Shown here: piece after piece, positions 1-12,869 of the stretch
Layout of the letters: each line of letters opens with the position of its first letter
Numbering within the stretch: the first letter of the stretch is position 1
DNA from: Octopus vulgaris
Taxonomy: Eukaryota
NCBI GenBank assembly: GCA_951406725.2
Contig: OX597821.1
Location: 7,378,001-7,442,000 of the forward strand
Reading direction: 5' to 3'
Length of the DNA stretch: 64,000 nucleotides
Translations under genes and position numbers: made by a program
Notes under the pieces: model-generated
Database searches by the model: none
What the model was told of the DNA's origin: nothing
Seen by the model: the letters and a program-made list of their open reading frames with translations, nothing else

Positions 1-730
1 ACTCCAGCTACCCTTTAATTGTTTCTGACTCTGACTCCATGACTCCAGCTACCCTTTAATTGTTTCTGACTCTGATTCCATGACTCCAGTTACCCTTTAA
101 TTGTTTCTGACTCTGATTCCATGACTCCAGCTACCCCTTAATTGTTTCTGACTCTGACTCCATGACTCCAGCTACCCTTTAATTGTTTCTGACTCTGATT
201 CCATGACTCCAGCTACCCTTTAATTGTTTCTGACTCTGACTCCATGACTCCAGTTACCCTTTAATTGTTTCTGACTCTGACTCCATGACTCCAGCTACCC
301 CTTAATTGTTTCTGACTCTGACTCCATGACTCCAGTTACCCTTTAATTGTTTCTGACTCTGACTCCATGACTCCAGCTACCCTTTAATTGTTTCTGACTC
401 CATGACTCCAGCTACCCTTTAATTGTTTCTGACTCTGACTCCATGACTCCAGCTACCCTTTAATTGTTTCTGACTCTGACTCCATGACTCCAGCTACCCC
501 TTAATTGTTTCTGACTCTGACTCCATGACTCCAGCTACCCCTTAATTGTTTCTGACTCTGACTCCATGACTCCAGCTACCCTTTAATTGTTTCTGACTCT
601 GACTCCATGACTCCAGCTACCCTTTAATTGTTTCTGACTCTGACTCCATGACTCCAGCTACCCTTTAATTGTTTCTGACTCTGACTCCATGACTCCAGCT
701 ACCCTTTAATTGTTTCTGACTCTGACTCCA
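1..730. repeat. 41-bp minisatellite, about 18 copies, continues off the left edge
   Basis: Unit ACTCCAGCTACCCTTTAATTGTTTCTGACTCTGACTCCATG repeated head-to-tail with few variants; one copy near 395-400 lacks 6 bp. Confidence 0.97.
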
Positions 731-934
731 CAGCCCTGTAAAGCTCATATCAAGCAAAGCAACAACAATGTAAATGATAATAGTAATAAACCTAACTATT
801 TGAATCTAATGATTGTTGTTGCCCCTTTCTGTCAAACCAAGAAATAAGATCTTATTTAACTATCAACTCATGTATGTCTTCTTTATCTCAATAATACAAC
901 AAAAAAAGCTTAATATCTTTCCATTTCATATTGG

Positions 935-1308
935 TTTCGAACTTTGGCACAAGGCCAGCAATTCCAGGTGTGGGCATAAGTTGATTACATCATATCCTAG
1001 TGCGCAACTGTTACTTATTTCATTGACCCTAAAAGGATTCAAAGGCAAAGTTGACCCTAGTGGCATTTGAACTCGTATCATTAAGTTGAAAGAAATACTC
1101 TCTTTCCCTTTTACTTGTTTCAGTCATTTTGACTGCGGCCATGCTGGAGCACCGCCTTTAGTCGAGCGAATCGACCCCGGGACTTATTCTTTGTAAGCCT
1201 AGTACTTATTCTATCGGCCTCTTTTGCCGAACCGCTACGTGACGGGGGACGTAAACACACCAGCATCGGTTGTCAAGCAATGCTAGGGGGACAAACACAC
1301 AAACACAT

Positions 1309-1347
<39 letters not shown>

Positions 1348-1570
1348 CATATATACATATATACGACAGGCTTCTTTCAGTTTCCGTCTACCAAATCCAC
1401 TCACAAGGCATTGGTTGGCCCGGGGCTATAGCAGGAGACACTTGCCCAAGATGCCACGCAGTGGAACTGAACCTGGAACCATGTGGTTGGTAAGCAAGCT
1501 ACTTACCACACAGCCTCTCCTGCTAAGCATTTTGTTTGGCATGGTAACGATTCTGCTAGCTTATTGCCTT
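935..1570 (-). mobile_element. Family B tRNA-derived SINE (degenerate), split by a family A SINE
   Basis: 935-1096 and 1524-1570 match the reverse complement of the family B copy at 4809-5040 (GCCTTTCATCCTTT...GGGTCGATAAA..AAGTACCAG body). Confidence 0.75.
1097..1523 (-). mobile_element. Family A SINE (tRNA-like head, CORE-like body, internal TA/CA microsatellite, GTAAAAGA tail)
   Basis: Head GCAGGAGTGGCTGTGTGGTAAG..GGTTCAGTCCCAC has A/B-box-like motifs; ACCTTGGGCAAGTGTCTT resembles the CORE domain; more than 20 near-identical copies in the window. Confidence 0.9.
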
Positions 1571-2354
1571 ATCATTATATTTCTTATTAAAACCATTTAG
1601 TTGTTCTAAAGAGTTACACAGGAGATTCTGTTAAATATTCTTCAACCATTTCTCACCTTAAAATATTTTTAGATAATTAACTGCTTTAATTACTCATTAT
1701 TTTCAAGTAATATGATATTGAAGCCTTTCGAATTGTATTTATTGGAATGAAGGAAAAGTGGCATATTTCTACAAGTGTCTATATTTCTAGTGTTGTTGTG
1801 GTTGTTGTTATGGTGATTTAGTCCCCGCTCAACCATATCAGCCCCCACCCCCATATGCAGGGTAGGAACTAGAAACTGCATTATACAATCTAAGAGAGGA
1901 AATTGCGATTTGTAAAGAAATTTAGCTGCTACTTTGGATCTTAGATGTTTTGCTTGTTTCACTTATTAGATTGTGGCCATGCTGGGGCACCAGCTTAAAG
2001 GGTTTAGTCAAATCATCTGCACCTCATCCCCCTCATTAGCTATTTTTTTTTGTCTTTTAAAGTTTGATATTTATACTATTGGTCTATTTTTTTCTAAATT
2101 TGTTAAGTTACAGGGATGTAAAGAAACCAACACCAGTTGACAAGTAGTAGAGGGCAGTCAAACACACACACACACACAAGCTTCCACACAGTTTCCATCT
2201 ACCAAATTCACTCATAAGGCATTGGTTTGCCCCGGTCTATAGTAGAAAATGCTTGCCCAAGGTGCTGTGCAGTGGGATTGAACCTGAAACCACATGGTTG
2301 CAAAGCAAGCTCCTTAACTACACAGCCTTGTATTTATTTTAACTTAATATGTTT

Positions 2355-2766
2355 CTCTTTTACTCTTTACTCTTTTACTTGTTTCAGTCATTTGACTGCG
2401 GCCATGCTGGAGCACCACCTTTAGTCGAGCAAATCGACCCCAGGACTTATTCTTTGTAAGCCCAGTACTTATTCTATCGGTCTCTTTTGCCGAACCGCTA
2501 AGTGACGGGGATGTAAACACACCAGCATCGGTTGTCAAGCAATGCTAGGGGGACAAACACAGACACACAAACATATACACACACACTTATATACATATAT
2601 ACGACAGGCTTCTTTCAGTTTCCGTCTACCAAATCCACTCACAAGGCATTGGTCGGCCCGGGGCTATAGCAGAAGACACTTGCCCAAGATGCCACGCAGT
2701 GGGACTGAACCCGGAACCATGTGGTTGGTTAGCAAGCTACTTACCACACAGCCACTCCTGCGCCTA
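2355..2766 (-). mobile_element. Family A SINE, full length
   Basis: High identity to 1097-1523; a more degenerate copy lies at about 1950-2330. Confidence 0.9.
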
Positions 2767-3253
2767 TTCGATTTCCATCTTAAACCACATCGTATCACTG
2801 TAAACCAATTCTGTTTGTAGTTTGCATTGGTTGCTCATGGAACTTTAATACTTGAAGCAAAACCACTTGAAATGAATTTAAATTTGTCTCCCTCTTAGAA
2901 TATTTCCAGTTATTTGAAAGTCGTTGAATGTTTGTGATAAATAGATAAATAGCTGCAGTATATCTCTTTGAGGTGCTGCTTTTTAGCCTAATCCAGAAAA
3001 TGGCATGGCTTTGACTTTCTCACTTCTGAGAACCAACTCAATCTTCAGATCATTGGGAATTAAATTCTTTTAACCTTGGAAGCTTATTCCTATAGATTTC
3101 TGGTGTTTCTCCTTTCTGCTGAAGCATCAGATGTCAGTGGAATGTCCTCTGAAGAGAAAAGAACTTCAGTTTTTATGCATATGGCCAATAAACAATAGTT
3201 ATCATCTTAAAACACCTCTTAAATGTTGCTGTCTTAGTTGTTTAAACATTTAA

Positions 3254-3825
3254 CCTTTGAACTGGCTATATCCGGCCCGAGTATTCTACATGTTTTATGT
3301 TCAGACCAACCAGATCTAGCTTCTCACACATGTCTTACAGTGTCATTCTAAAAATAAAGTCACATTGTCAAAATTCCAAAGCTATGAGATAATGCATGAT
3401 TAATTCAAAACAATGTGAATGAGTACTCCGAGAGTGCAAACCTCCACCAGGGCAACACCAACGTCCTTTCAACGATTAGCCAGAGATGATTTTTAAAATG
3501 AGAATATCTGAAATAAACTAGACTACTCTCACAAATGAGAATACTAAAAATGAACCTGACCGCTCTCAAAGATTAAGTAACAGGAAAAAAAAAAAAATCC
3601 AGAGTCCTTTCCCGGTACTGGATTGATCCCAAAATTTAATCAGTTCATGCTAGTCACAAGGCCAAACATCCCTGAAAGTTTCATCCAAATCCATCCAGCG
3701 GTTCTTGAGATATCTTGTCCACGGCAAGCAAACAAACAAACACGACTGAAAACAATACCTCCGCCTTTGCTAAGGCAGAGACAATAAATAATCACATTTG
3801 ACAGAGTAAGCTGAATGCTGAAGGC
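3254..3825. mobile_element. piggyBac-like MITE (TTAA-flanked), split by a Helentron-type element
   Basis: Homologous to 34934-35154; TTAA at 3250-3253 and 3826-3829; host sequence ACAATGTGAAT|AAATAA is interrupted at 3421-3787. Confidence 0.7.
3421..3787 (-). mobile_element. Non-autonomous Helentron-associated (HINE/DINE-1-like) element
   Basis: Subterminal repeats ACCTCCACC (3440-3448) and ACCTCCGCC (3757-3765) with adjacent inverted copy GGCAGAG, terminal hairpin GCACTC-TCG-GAGTAC, internal (AAAC)n, no TSD. Confidence 0.7.
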
Positions 3826-4600
3826 TTAACCTCCAGCTCGGTTCTGATTGTCTTTTTATACATCTACAGTGCTGATGTCTTATCTTTTATATATTTCAGT
3901 CACTGGATTGTGGCCATGCTGGGGCACCACCTTGATGGGTTTTGTTGAGCAAAATGAATCTCCAGTATTTATTTCTGAGTCTAGTACTTATTCTGTCGAT
4001 CTCTTTTGCCAAACTGTTAGGTTACAGGGCATAAAGAAACCACTTATCAAGCTGTGGTGAGACACACACACACACACACATTTGCACATGCATGCACACT
4101 CATGCACATACATGCATATACATATACACACACGCCTCTTTTGTCAAAATGTAAAGAAACCACTTGCCAAGCAGTGGTGCGGACCAACACAAATGCAGAC
4201 ACACAGGAGCATACACACACACACGTTTATTCTGTTGTTCTCTTTTGCCAAAATTGAACTCGAAACTCTATTGCTGTGAGGTGAACTTCTTCACCACACA
4301 GCCAAACCTGTGACATATATATAATAGGTTCTAGCCATACTTTGTATGTTATTGTTATCTGTTACTTAACATTTTAACCCTATCAACCGCTGTTAGTTGC
4401 ACTGCGATGGGTCGTTTATGATAAGCACAGGTGTTGCCGTGTATTAGAAATTTCCTTCCCAACCACATGGTTCTGGGTTAGTCTTTCCTGTCTTGGTAGT
4501 CCTGCTGGGTTCTATCATTATGTCAACCAGACTATCAGATGTTGTTACACACCTCTGGTCACAGTGTGCTTCTTCACATTTTTGCAGTTTTTGAATGATG

Positions 4601-4763
4601 TGTAGCAGTGGCTGTGTGGTAAGTAGCTTGCTTACCAACCACATGGTTCCGGGTTCAGTCCCACTGTGTGACACCTTGAGCAAGTGTCTTCTACTATAGC
4701 CTCGGGCTGACCAAAGCCTTGTGAATGGATTTGGTAGATGGAAACTGAAAGAAGCCTGTCGTA

Positions 4764-4802
<39 letters not shown>

Positions 4803-5272
4803 TTGTGCAAGGCGGCGAGCTGGCAGAAACGTTAGGACACCGGGCGAAATGCTTAGCGGTATTTTGTCTGCCGTTACATTATGAGTTCAAATTCCACCGA
4901 GGTCGACTTTGCCTTTCATCTTTTCGAGGTCGATAAATTAAGTACCAGTTACGCACTGGGGTCGACGTAATTAACTTAATCCGTTTGTCTGTCCTTGTTT
5001 GTCCCCTCTGTGTTTAGCCCCTTGTGGGTAGTAAAGAAATATATATGTATGTGTGTGTGTATATGTTTGTGTGTCTGTTTGTCCCCCCAACATCGCTTGA
5101 CAGCCAATGCTGGTGTGTTTACGTCCCCGTAACTTAACGGATCGGCAAAATAGATCAATATAATAAGTACTAGGCTTACAAAGAATAAGTCCTGGGGTTG
5201 ATTTGCTCGACTAAAGGCAGTACTTCAGCATGGCCACAGTCAAATGACTGAAACAAGTAAAAGAGTAAAAGA
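4601..5272 (+). mobile_element. Family A SINE with a family B SINE nested in its internal microsatellite
   Basis: A head at 4601-4800, A 3' half at 5041-5272. Confidence 0.88.
4809..5040 (+). mobile_element. Family B tRNA-derived SINE, full length
   Basis: GGCGGCGAGCTGGCAGAAACGTTAG...GAGTTCAAATTCC head; central GACTTTGCCTTTCATC..GGTCGATAAATTAAGTACCAG; tail TAAAGAAAT. Confidence 0.85.
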
Positions 5273-6575
5273 GATGCCACCCCACTAGTGAGACAAGCAG
5301 GCCAACATTTCTCCTGATTGGAAAGCCAGTGCATTGCAGGGTTACCCATTTACAGTTGAGCAGACTGGAGCCACATGAAGTGAATTGCTTTGCCCAAAAC
5401 CACAATGCATTGCTGCTGGTCTGAGAATTGAAATCATGATCTTGTGATTTTGAGTGTGACACCATTACCACCTGACCATATGTCTACATACCTCCTCAAA
5501 ATGAAGGATGGTCTGTCATGACTGGAATGCCTTTGATCTTGGGTCTGCTCAATTTACAGTTTTTCTGGGGTTACTCAACAATAGGTGTGAGCATTGACGA
5601 TGGCAGTGTTTTGCTGTTGCAATAAAATATTTCAGAAAAACAAACAAATAAAACGAAAAAAAAATTTTTTCCCATTAATTATGATTTTCTGTTCTTTTTT
5701 TTTTTCTTCTCCCCTTCAGAAATTCTTCACTGAGAAACCCGATAAAAATGTTTACATAGCTTTTTTTTTTTTTTAATAAAATATATGAGTTTTGACAAAG
5801 TAAAGTCATCAATTTACAAAGTTTTCTTCTCACCCTTTTTTTTTGCTTCTTCTTTTTTTTTGGTGTGTGTATGTGTGTATACCTCGAAAATTGGATGAAA
5901 TCAATGAACTCTCTCTCTCTCTCTCTCTTTTCAAAACTTCCTTAATTAATTACAATAAAGTTGTTTTTTAAGAATTTTTTTTTTGATTTTTGGTAAAGAA
6001 ATTCAAAATCCACATCAGTTTGTCATTCGTTATACCTCATGATGAAATCTCTTGTCTTTATGCATCGTCTGTGTCTATTTTGTAATTTTCTTGAAATTAA
6101 ACATTTTTTTATTCTCCATTTTTGGAACAGCTTTTTTATTTGTTTTTTTGTTTTTTTGCTACTATGTCTGTTGGCCAATTTTCTCTCAGTTAAATTTCAC
6201 AAATTTTTTTTTCACAAATTAATTTGTCTATTTACACATTAATTTCACACAGTCCACTTGATTGAGTAACACAATACTCATCGTTGTGACAAATGGAACA
6301 ACTATCATTGTTGTTCTTTCATGAGATTAGTATCTTTTACCTTTTACTTGTTCCAATCATTGGAGTGCAGCCATGCCACGGCACTTGCCTTGAAGGGTTT
6401 AGTTGAATAAATTGACCCTTGTATTTTTTTTCTTTTTTAAAAATCTGGTAGTTATTCTTTTAGCCTTGTTTTGCTGAACTGTTGTGGGTGTGTAGGTGTA
6501 GGCATGTCTATGTAGTAAGAAAGTTTGCTTCACATCTGTATGGTTCTGAGTTCAGCACATATCCTGGGCAAGATA

Positions 6576-7058
6576 GGAACCCCTATCTTGCCCAGGATAT
6601 TAATCGTCTGGAAACTGTTCAGCGACGTGCAACTAAGAGAATACCCTCCATCAGGCATTTGCCATATTCTGAACGCCTTACTTCCCTGGGCATGGATACA
6701 TTGAAACTCTGACGTCTGGCAACTGACTTGGCAGACACCCATAAAATTATTAACCATCTTACTAACAATAACTCTGAGCACCTTTTCAAACTCCACCTGT
6801 CTAACACCTGTGGACATGTTTACAAAGTCAGAAAACAGCACAGCACTACACAGCACTACATCCTTCAAAACATCCATGCTTCCTGAGATTCGCCAACACT
6901 ACGCCTGATTTTCTCCCCTCCATACACACGCAAGCATGTATCTGACTCATACACTGTTCACTTCCCAGACATTTGTACATTACTGCATATGCTTTATATG
7001 CACTTTTGACAAGTTGTGGTGCACCTGAGCACTGTATACAATAATTTCATTATTATTT
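6576..7058 (+). mobile_element. 3' fragment of a CR1-clade LINE (ORF2 C-terminus plus 3' UTR), inactive
   Basis: Translates YLAQDINRLETVQRRATKRIPSIRHLPYSERLTSLGMDTLKL*RLATDLADTHKII, the typical LE.VQRRATK...Y.ERL CR1 post-RT motif; in-frame stop at 6710-6712; ends in (ATT)n. Confidence 0.85.
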
Positions 7059-7526
7059 TAATGTGAAGGGATTTTGTAATCCTCCAGCACAAGATCTAGT
7101 CCTTGGTACAGTATAGTGGTTTGTGCAACTCATTGACCAGGGCCTCCCATGCTGGGCAAGTCAAAATATAGAGACCAGACTAGAATGGACCAGTTCTTTC
7201 CAGAGGTAAAAATGGGTTTGCATAGGGCCATCATCCTTACCTAAAAAGAAAACAAATTTACAGAAGCATTGATTGCTGTTCAGAACTAACAAAACCTAGG
7301 AGAGGATGGCCTTTCCTCAAGGAAACATGTGTAGGACAGCAAAATCTGATAGGTAGCTGGTATCCAGCGAGAGCAAAGTAGAAAAAAGAGCCCAGTGTTT
7401 AAAACGGTGGAGAAAATCATTGTTGGGCTTTTCACCATAGGGAATGAAGAACATAAGTAAGTCAGTAATCTTTTGATTCTGAGGTTTGTTGTTGCTGAAG
7501 AAGCTGAAAATTAAGTAGCATCACAC

Positions 7527-7770
7527 TACTTCATACCTGCAATTATACTACACCTGCAGACACTTCATTCTTGCAAAGTATTCCCTACTCATACCTGCAA
7601 TTATACTACACCTGCAGACACTTCATTCTTGCAAAGTATTCCCTACTCATACCTGCAATTATACTACACCTGCAGACACTTCATTCTTGCAAAGTATTCC
7701 CTACTCATACCGGCAATTATACTCTACTTGCAATTATTCCATACCTGAAATTATACCCTACCTGCAGATA
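7527..7770. repeat. 58-bp tandem repeat, about 3.5 copies plus degenerate tail
   Basis: Unit TCATACCTGCAATTATACTACACCTGCAGACACTTCATTCTTGCAAAGTATTCCCTAC starts at 7531, 7589 and 7647. Confidence 0.92.
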
Positions 7771-7899
7771 TCATCATACGTGGTAGTTGTAAATTATCAG
7801 TGAATTTGTTTTGAATCTGGTCAAGCAACTGTGATATTTTCTAAATGGAATCATGTAATGATGTTGGGTTTACAACCTAATGAATATATTCAGGTAGGT

Positions 7900-8297
7900 A
7901 TGGCTAGGTGCAGGTATCGGTGTGGTATTAGGTTCAGTCCCACTGTGTGGTGCCCTGGGCTTGTGTTTTCTGTTATAGCTCAAGCTAATCAAAGCCTTAT
8001 GAGTGGATTTTGTAGATTGGAAACTGAAAGAAGCCCATTGCATACATACATGTATGTGTGTGCATGTGTGCTCTTGCCTTAACATCATGGGATGATTGTA
8101 AATAAACCTCACTGTCATACAAACAAGGTTGTATGTTTCAAGTCTGCTATGATAAACATGTCTGGCCATGGGGGAAATATTGTTACCTTGCTTGGAAATA
8201 GATAGAGGGTTGATGACAGGAAGGGTATCCAGCCTTGGAAAAATCTATTCCAACAAAGTCTGTGCAAGCATTAAAACGATGAATAATAATGATGAGG
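7900..8297 (+). mobile_element. Family A2 SINE (family A head, different body, GGAAGGGCATCC...(GAT)n tail)
   Basis: Related copies at about 11660-11975, 26270-26625, 31925-32680, 37690-38010 and 48305-48655 (-). Confidence 0.7.
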
Positions 8298-9118
8298 TAT
8301 GTGTATTTATGAATGTGTGTGTGTGTGTACATACACACATGTATAGGATTGTCTACTAAATTCCACTTACAAAGTATTGCTCAACCAACACCATGGTAGA
8401 AGACTCTTTGCCAGGACACCACTCAGTCATTTCCAGAGTTCTTTGTCAAATGTTGGGTAGATGTTCTCACCCTTTTGTTATCAAATTTTTATTGAAATAC
8501 ACTTTGTTTCAATCAATTTTGAAACATCTGAAAAAATCAATAGAATAACTTTTACATTATTCAGTTGGTCTTCAGAACATACATTTACGTGAGGTTTTAA
8601 TGGAAGGTTTTTAAATCACCTAAAAACAAGAATTTTGTGTTATAGGACTAAGGGTAATCTCAGATGGGTTAATATCAAAAGCTTTAATTCACCTTTATTC
8701 ACTGGAATCCTTCAGAAAAGCTGCTGTTTGATCATCTCAGAATATCTCTTACAATGAATGGGAGTTAAGATTTTCTCTGAAGCATGCTTCATGGGAAGTC
8801 TGTCTTCTTGCCAAAATACCATATTTTCTTGCATAAAAGTCAATGTAATATATAGTACAAACATTCAAATATTGTAACTATCTATCCAAACCCTGCTGCA
8901 TTTTGCATGGAGTTTTTGGTCCTTCAAAGTTATCTTGGTGTAAAAGTCAACCTACCTTTCCTGGCTGTATATTTTAGTATGCAAGAATTCAACTTGTATG
9001 CCAGAAAATACAGTAAACCATTATGGCATACTCTTGAGTATAAGGACCACAACAGTACGAACTACCTGAATTAAAATTAGAGAAAAACAGACATCAAAAA
9101 GAAATTAGGGTGTCAGGT

Positions 9119-9155
<37 letters not shown>

Positions 9156-9888
9156 AAAGACTGTTAAGGATGTTGATATAGGTTTGAAATGGAAACATTG
9201 CATCAAATGCTGCCCTTTCTGGCCATCTGGCGTAATGTTTACTAAAAATATTAATGCAGCACCAGTGAAGTGATCGTCACTGTTTGTCTTCCCTTAAGAG
9301 ATTGTTCCACCTTTTTTCTCTTTTTTTACCAATTTATTATTGCCGACTCCATTTGGCAGAAATAAAAGAAGGTTTTGTTTTGATGTGCAAATCATGTAAA
9401 TAGATTTTTTTTTTATTATTATTTTCACTTTGGTTGGAATAAAGGTTAGATATTTTCCAGGTGGAAAAAATCTGTTTAAATAGATTTAATATTATGTGAG
9501 AAAATATTAGTTTTAACTGAGGTTTTGTGTGTGTGTGTGTGTGTGTGGTTTATGGCATCACAGAACGAAAGATTGTCTCAGGTGAATTAGTAACAAAAGG
9601 GTTTATGTTGATATGTAATGTTACATTGTAATAATATTTGGCAGTTGGTAGCAAAAAAAAAAAAAAGAAAGAGAAAGTAAAAAAACTTTGTCAGGAAATC
9701 TCATGGAATGATGAGAAAAGTATTCGTTTCTATGAAGTGTACAAGATCTGAAATGCTAGTAGTAAAAGAAGCTGTGGCCTGCATGCCTTTCATGGAAGTA
9801 CAAGCATCATATTGAGAATGAAAATCAGGAGCAGGAAATGCTTTATCTTTGCACCTCATAGTTTACTATATTATGATAAACAATAAGC

Positions 9889-9960
9889 GGCTCATTGATC
9901 TAGGAGTATGATTCTCGCTTAGGGTGCGAGAGGTCCCGGGTTCGAATCCCAGACGAGCCC
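9889..9960 (+). tRNA. tRNA-Pro(AGG)-like sequence, probably a pseudogene or SINE head
   Basis: 72-nt cloverleaf nearly identical to canonical eukaryotic tRNA-Pro, anticodon AGG at 9921-9923; G>A changes create an A:C mismatch in the acceptor stem, a C:A mismatch in the T stem, and alter the D-loop GG. Confidence 0.88.
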
Positions 9961-10134
9961 CACTGTTTTACACTCATGGAGTGGTTGGCATTAGGAAGGG
10001 CATCCAGCTGTAGAAACACTGCCAGATCAGAGTGGAGTCTGGTGCAGCCATCTGGCTTCCCAGACCCCAGTTGAAACGTCCAACCCATGCTAGCATGGAA
10101 AGCGGACGTTAATCGATGATGATGATGATGATGA
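9961..10134 (+). mobile_element. Family E retroposon 3' module (GTGGTTGGCATTAGGAAGGGCATCCAGCTGTAGAAA...(GAT)n)
   Basis: Other copies at 21629-21795 (-), 23905-24040, 32915-33100 (-), 37425-37620, 39060-39272, 40750-41100 (-), 60957-61350 (-), 61578-61715 (-). Confidence 0.82.
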
Positions 10135-10763
10135 ATATCAGCATGACAGATTCTTTCATAGACTCTTCATACAGAGGGATTAGGCATGTCTGTGTGGTTA
10201 AGGAGCTTGCCTCCCAACTGTGTGGTTTGGGGTTCAGTCCCACTGCATGGTACAGCACTTTAGGAAAGTGTTTTCTATTATAGACCCAGGCCAACCAAAG
10301 CCTTCTGAATGGCTTGAGAAAATGGAAACTGAAAGAATTCCATTGTATATGTTTATATGTATAAGTACAGGCATAGCTGTGTGGTAAGAAATTTGCTTCA
10401 CAACCACACGATTCTGTGTTCAATCTCACTACATGTCATCTTGGGTAAATGTGTTCTAATCCAGCCTTGGGCCAACCAAACCCTTGTGAGTTGATTTGGT
10501 GGGCAGAAACTGGAAGAAACCCCATTATAAATACATGGCTGCCACCACTTGACAGTTGGTGTTGGTTTGTTTATGTCCTCACAATTTAGCAGTTCAGCAA
10601 AAAGACACCACTAAAATAAGTAGCTGACTTAAAAAAAAAGTCCCGGAATCAGGGCTGAGTTGTTCAACTAAACCCTTCAAGGTCATGCTCCAGCATGGCC
10701 ACAATCTATTGAGTCAAACAAGTAAACCATAAGATATGTGAGTATGTGTATGTTTGAGTCTTT

Positions 10764-11151
10764 AGGTATAGGAGTGGCTGTGTGGTAAATAGCTTGCTAA
10801 CCAACCTCATAGTTCCGGGTTCAGTCCCACTGCGTGGCATCTTGGGCAAGTGTCTTCTTCTATAGCCCCGGGCCGACCAATGCCTTGTGAGTGGATTTGG
10901 TAGACGGAAACTGAAAGAAGACTGTCGTATATATGTATATATATATATATATGTGTGTTTGTGTTTGTCCCCCTAGCATTGCTTGACAACCGATGCTGGT
11001 GTGTTTACATCCCCGTCACTTAGCGGTTCGGCAAAAGAGACTGATAGAATAAGTACTGGGCTTACAAAGAATAAGCCCCGGGGTCGATCTGCTCGACTAA
11101 AGGCGGTGCTCCAGCATGGCCACAGTCAAATGACTGAAGCAAGTAAAAGAG
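10764..11151 (+). mobile_element. Family A SINE, full length
   Basis: Matches the family A consensus; preceded by two older copies at about 10180-10735. Confidence 0.9.
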
Positions 11152-11978
11152 ATATTATTTTGTAAAACTTTATTTCAGTGAAAGTAATTATCAAAATTAA
11201 AACTTTGATGCTGTGGATAACTTCAGTTCAGAATATTTCATATTGGTGCATCCAATTTAAACCCTGTTGTTGTTAATCTCTATAATCTCGTCTATTACGT
11301 AACTAAATCCTTAATTATTTTAATTGCATACAATTTAATTGAAGCTATATGAATATTTAAATCACACTCACAAACATTATACACACACAAACGCATGTGT
11401 GTGTGTGTGAGAAAACATGTGGCCTTGTTGATTAGAGTATTAAACTTGTGATTGCTGGATTGTATGTTTCATTATTGGATTTGTGTTCTTTGGTGAGGGG
11501 CCTCAGTTCATGTCCCATTATATTCAACAGAACCTGTGAGCCTGGGTCTTATCACTGTGAAGGACTGACATCACATTCAGGAAGGAGTTTAGTATTTTAA
11601 ATGTAGATGCCTAGAAAACCTGGATAAACCCCAGTCTTATGGACGTCTAGGGTTGAAGTAACCTTGCTTCTCACATCATTTTGAGTTCAGTCCTCAAACA
11701 TGCTGACCAGAGCATTGTGAATGGATTTGGTAAATAGAAAACTAAAAGAATTTTGTTGTATGTGTATATGTACGTTTGTGTCTTCTTTTCTTGACATTTC
11801 AGGGCACTTGTAAATGAGTGTCACTGTAGGGTGTCCAATATTCTGTGAAAACATGTTTGGCCCGGGGGGGGGGGGATATTACCTTTCTTGGAAACAATGA
11901 GAGTAATTTAAAGAAGGGCACCTGGCTGTAGAAAATTTGCCTCAATAAACTCTAACAAATGCAAGCATAAAAAAGTAC

Positions 11979-12184
11979 GGCTTTTTTTCAACAAATTTCA
12001 TTCAACAAAATCAATAACAGAATTTCACAAAAACATCTTTAAATGATGGTCTGACCATCTGCCAAGCGAATGGGAAGCAGTAACTGAAGTAGATCATGAA
12101 TCTGCACCGGAATAATCATTTAAAGATGTTTTTGTTATGTGTTGTTATTGTTTTTGTTGAATAAAATTTGTTGAAAAAAAACCC
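11979..12184. mobile_element. Foldback/MITE-like element with about 65-bp imperfect terminal inverted repeats
   Basis: TTTTTTCAACAAATTTCATTCAACAAAA...AAAAACATCTTTAAATGAT (about 11982-12047) is mirrored at about 12115-12181. Confidence 0.7.
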
Positions 12185-12207
12185 CACAATAATTATGCAC
12201 CAATCCA

Positions 12208-12249
<42 letters not shown>

Positions 12250-12334
12250 GAAATTTATAGAAAAACAAAGATGAAGACAGGTGTAGAAACAACAAACAAG
12301 TGTATTAGTTTGATGCTTGGGAAAGTGAGAAAGT

Positions 12335-12370
12335 CTTTTATGTTTCGAGCCTAAGCTCTTCATCAGAAAG
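12335..12370 (-). ncRNA. Minimal type I hammerhead ribozyme motif in a short Penelope-like element (about 12247-12412)
   Basis: Reverse complement reads CTTT-CTGATGA-A-GAGC(TTAG)GCTC-GAAA-CA-TA-AAAG; stems I and II pair; the element abuts (TA)n. Confidence 0.7.
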
Positions 12371-12869
12371 GAATAAGGGGAAATAAATTGAGAGATAATG
12401 AAAAAAAAAAGATATGCTGAGTTCAGAAGTGCATGAAACTTCTGAGTTCTGTTTTTCCTGTTTGCATAGCGAAACCTATATATATATATTACGATATTGG
12501 ATTGACTAAGAAAGTGATGTGATTGGTCTAAATCTTGAAGGCTTTTACTTGATTATCTCAATTCCAGTGTTTTATTTAAGTCTGGCATTTTTCTGTTAGT
12601 CACCTTTTGCCAAACTGCTATGTTGCAAGGCGTGAACAAACGAACCCTGAATGTCAAAGAATAACAAACTCAAACATAAATGTGTGTGCGTATACGTAAA
12701 CTTCTGTGTATGTTTCTGTTTGTACACACACACACACACACACACACACACTTACTATGTATATATTAGGGTTCAGCTATAATCACAGCAGTTTGAAATG
12801 TTTATTTTAACCTCATCACTTCGGATGGCAGAGAATGGCTTTCTGAAACTCTGTATATAAACCTTCCCA

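Noticed and set aside
1-730. Regular repeats superficially like a CRISPR array
   Set aside because: Units are contiguous with no unique spacers, there are no cas genes, and the context is eukaryotic; the same applies to 12870-13409 and 56926-57393.
1280-1600. Recurrent ORFs containing RQASFSFRLPNPLTR...RHLPKMPRSGTEPGTMWLVSKLLTTQPLL (also 2542, 25236, 33468, 50021, 54544, 57498)
   Set aside because: Antisense translations of family A SINE copies, not a protein family.
3095-3165. Possible minus-strand exon after the acceptor-like TTCTTTTCTCTTCAG
   Set aside because: All three frames stop within about 20 codons and there is no recognisable homology.
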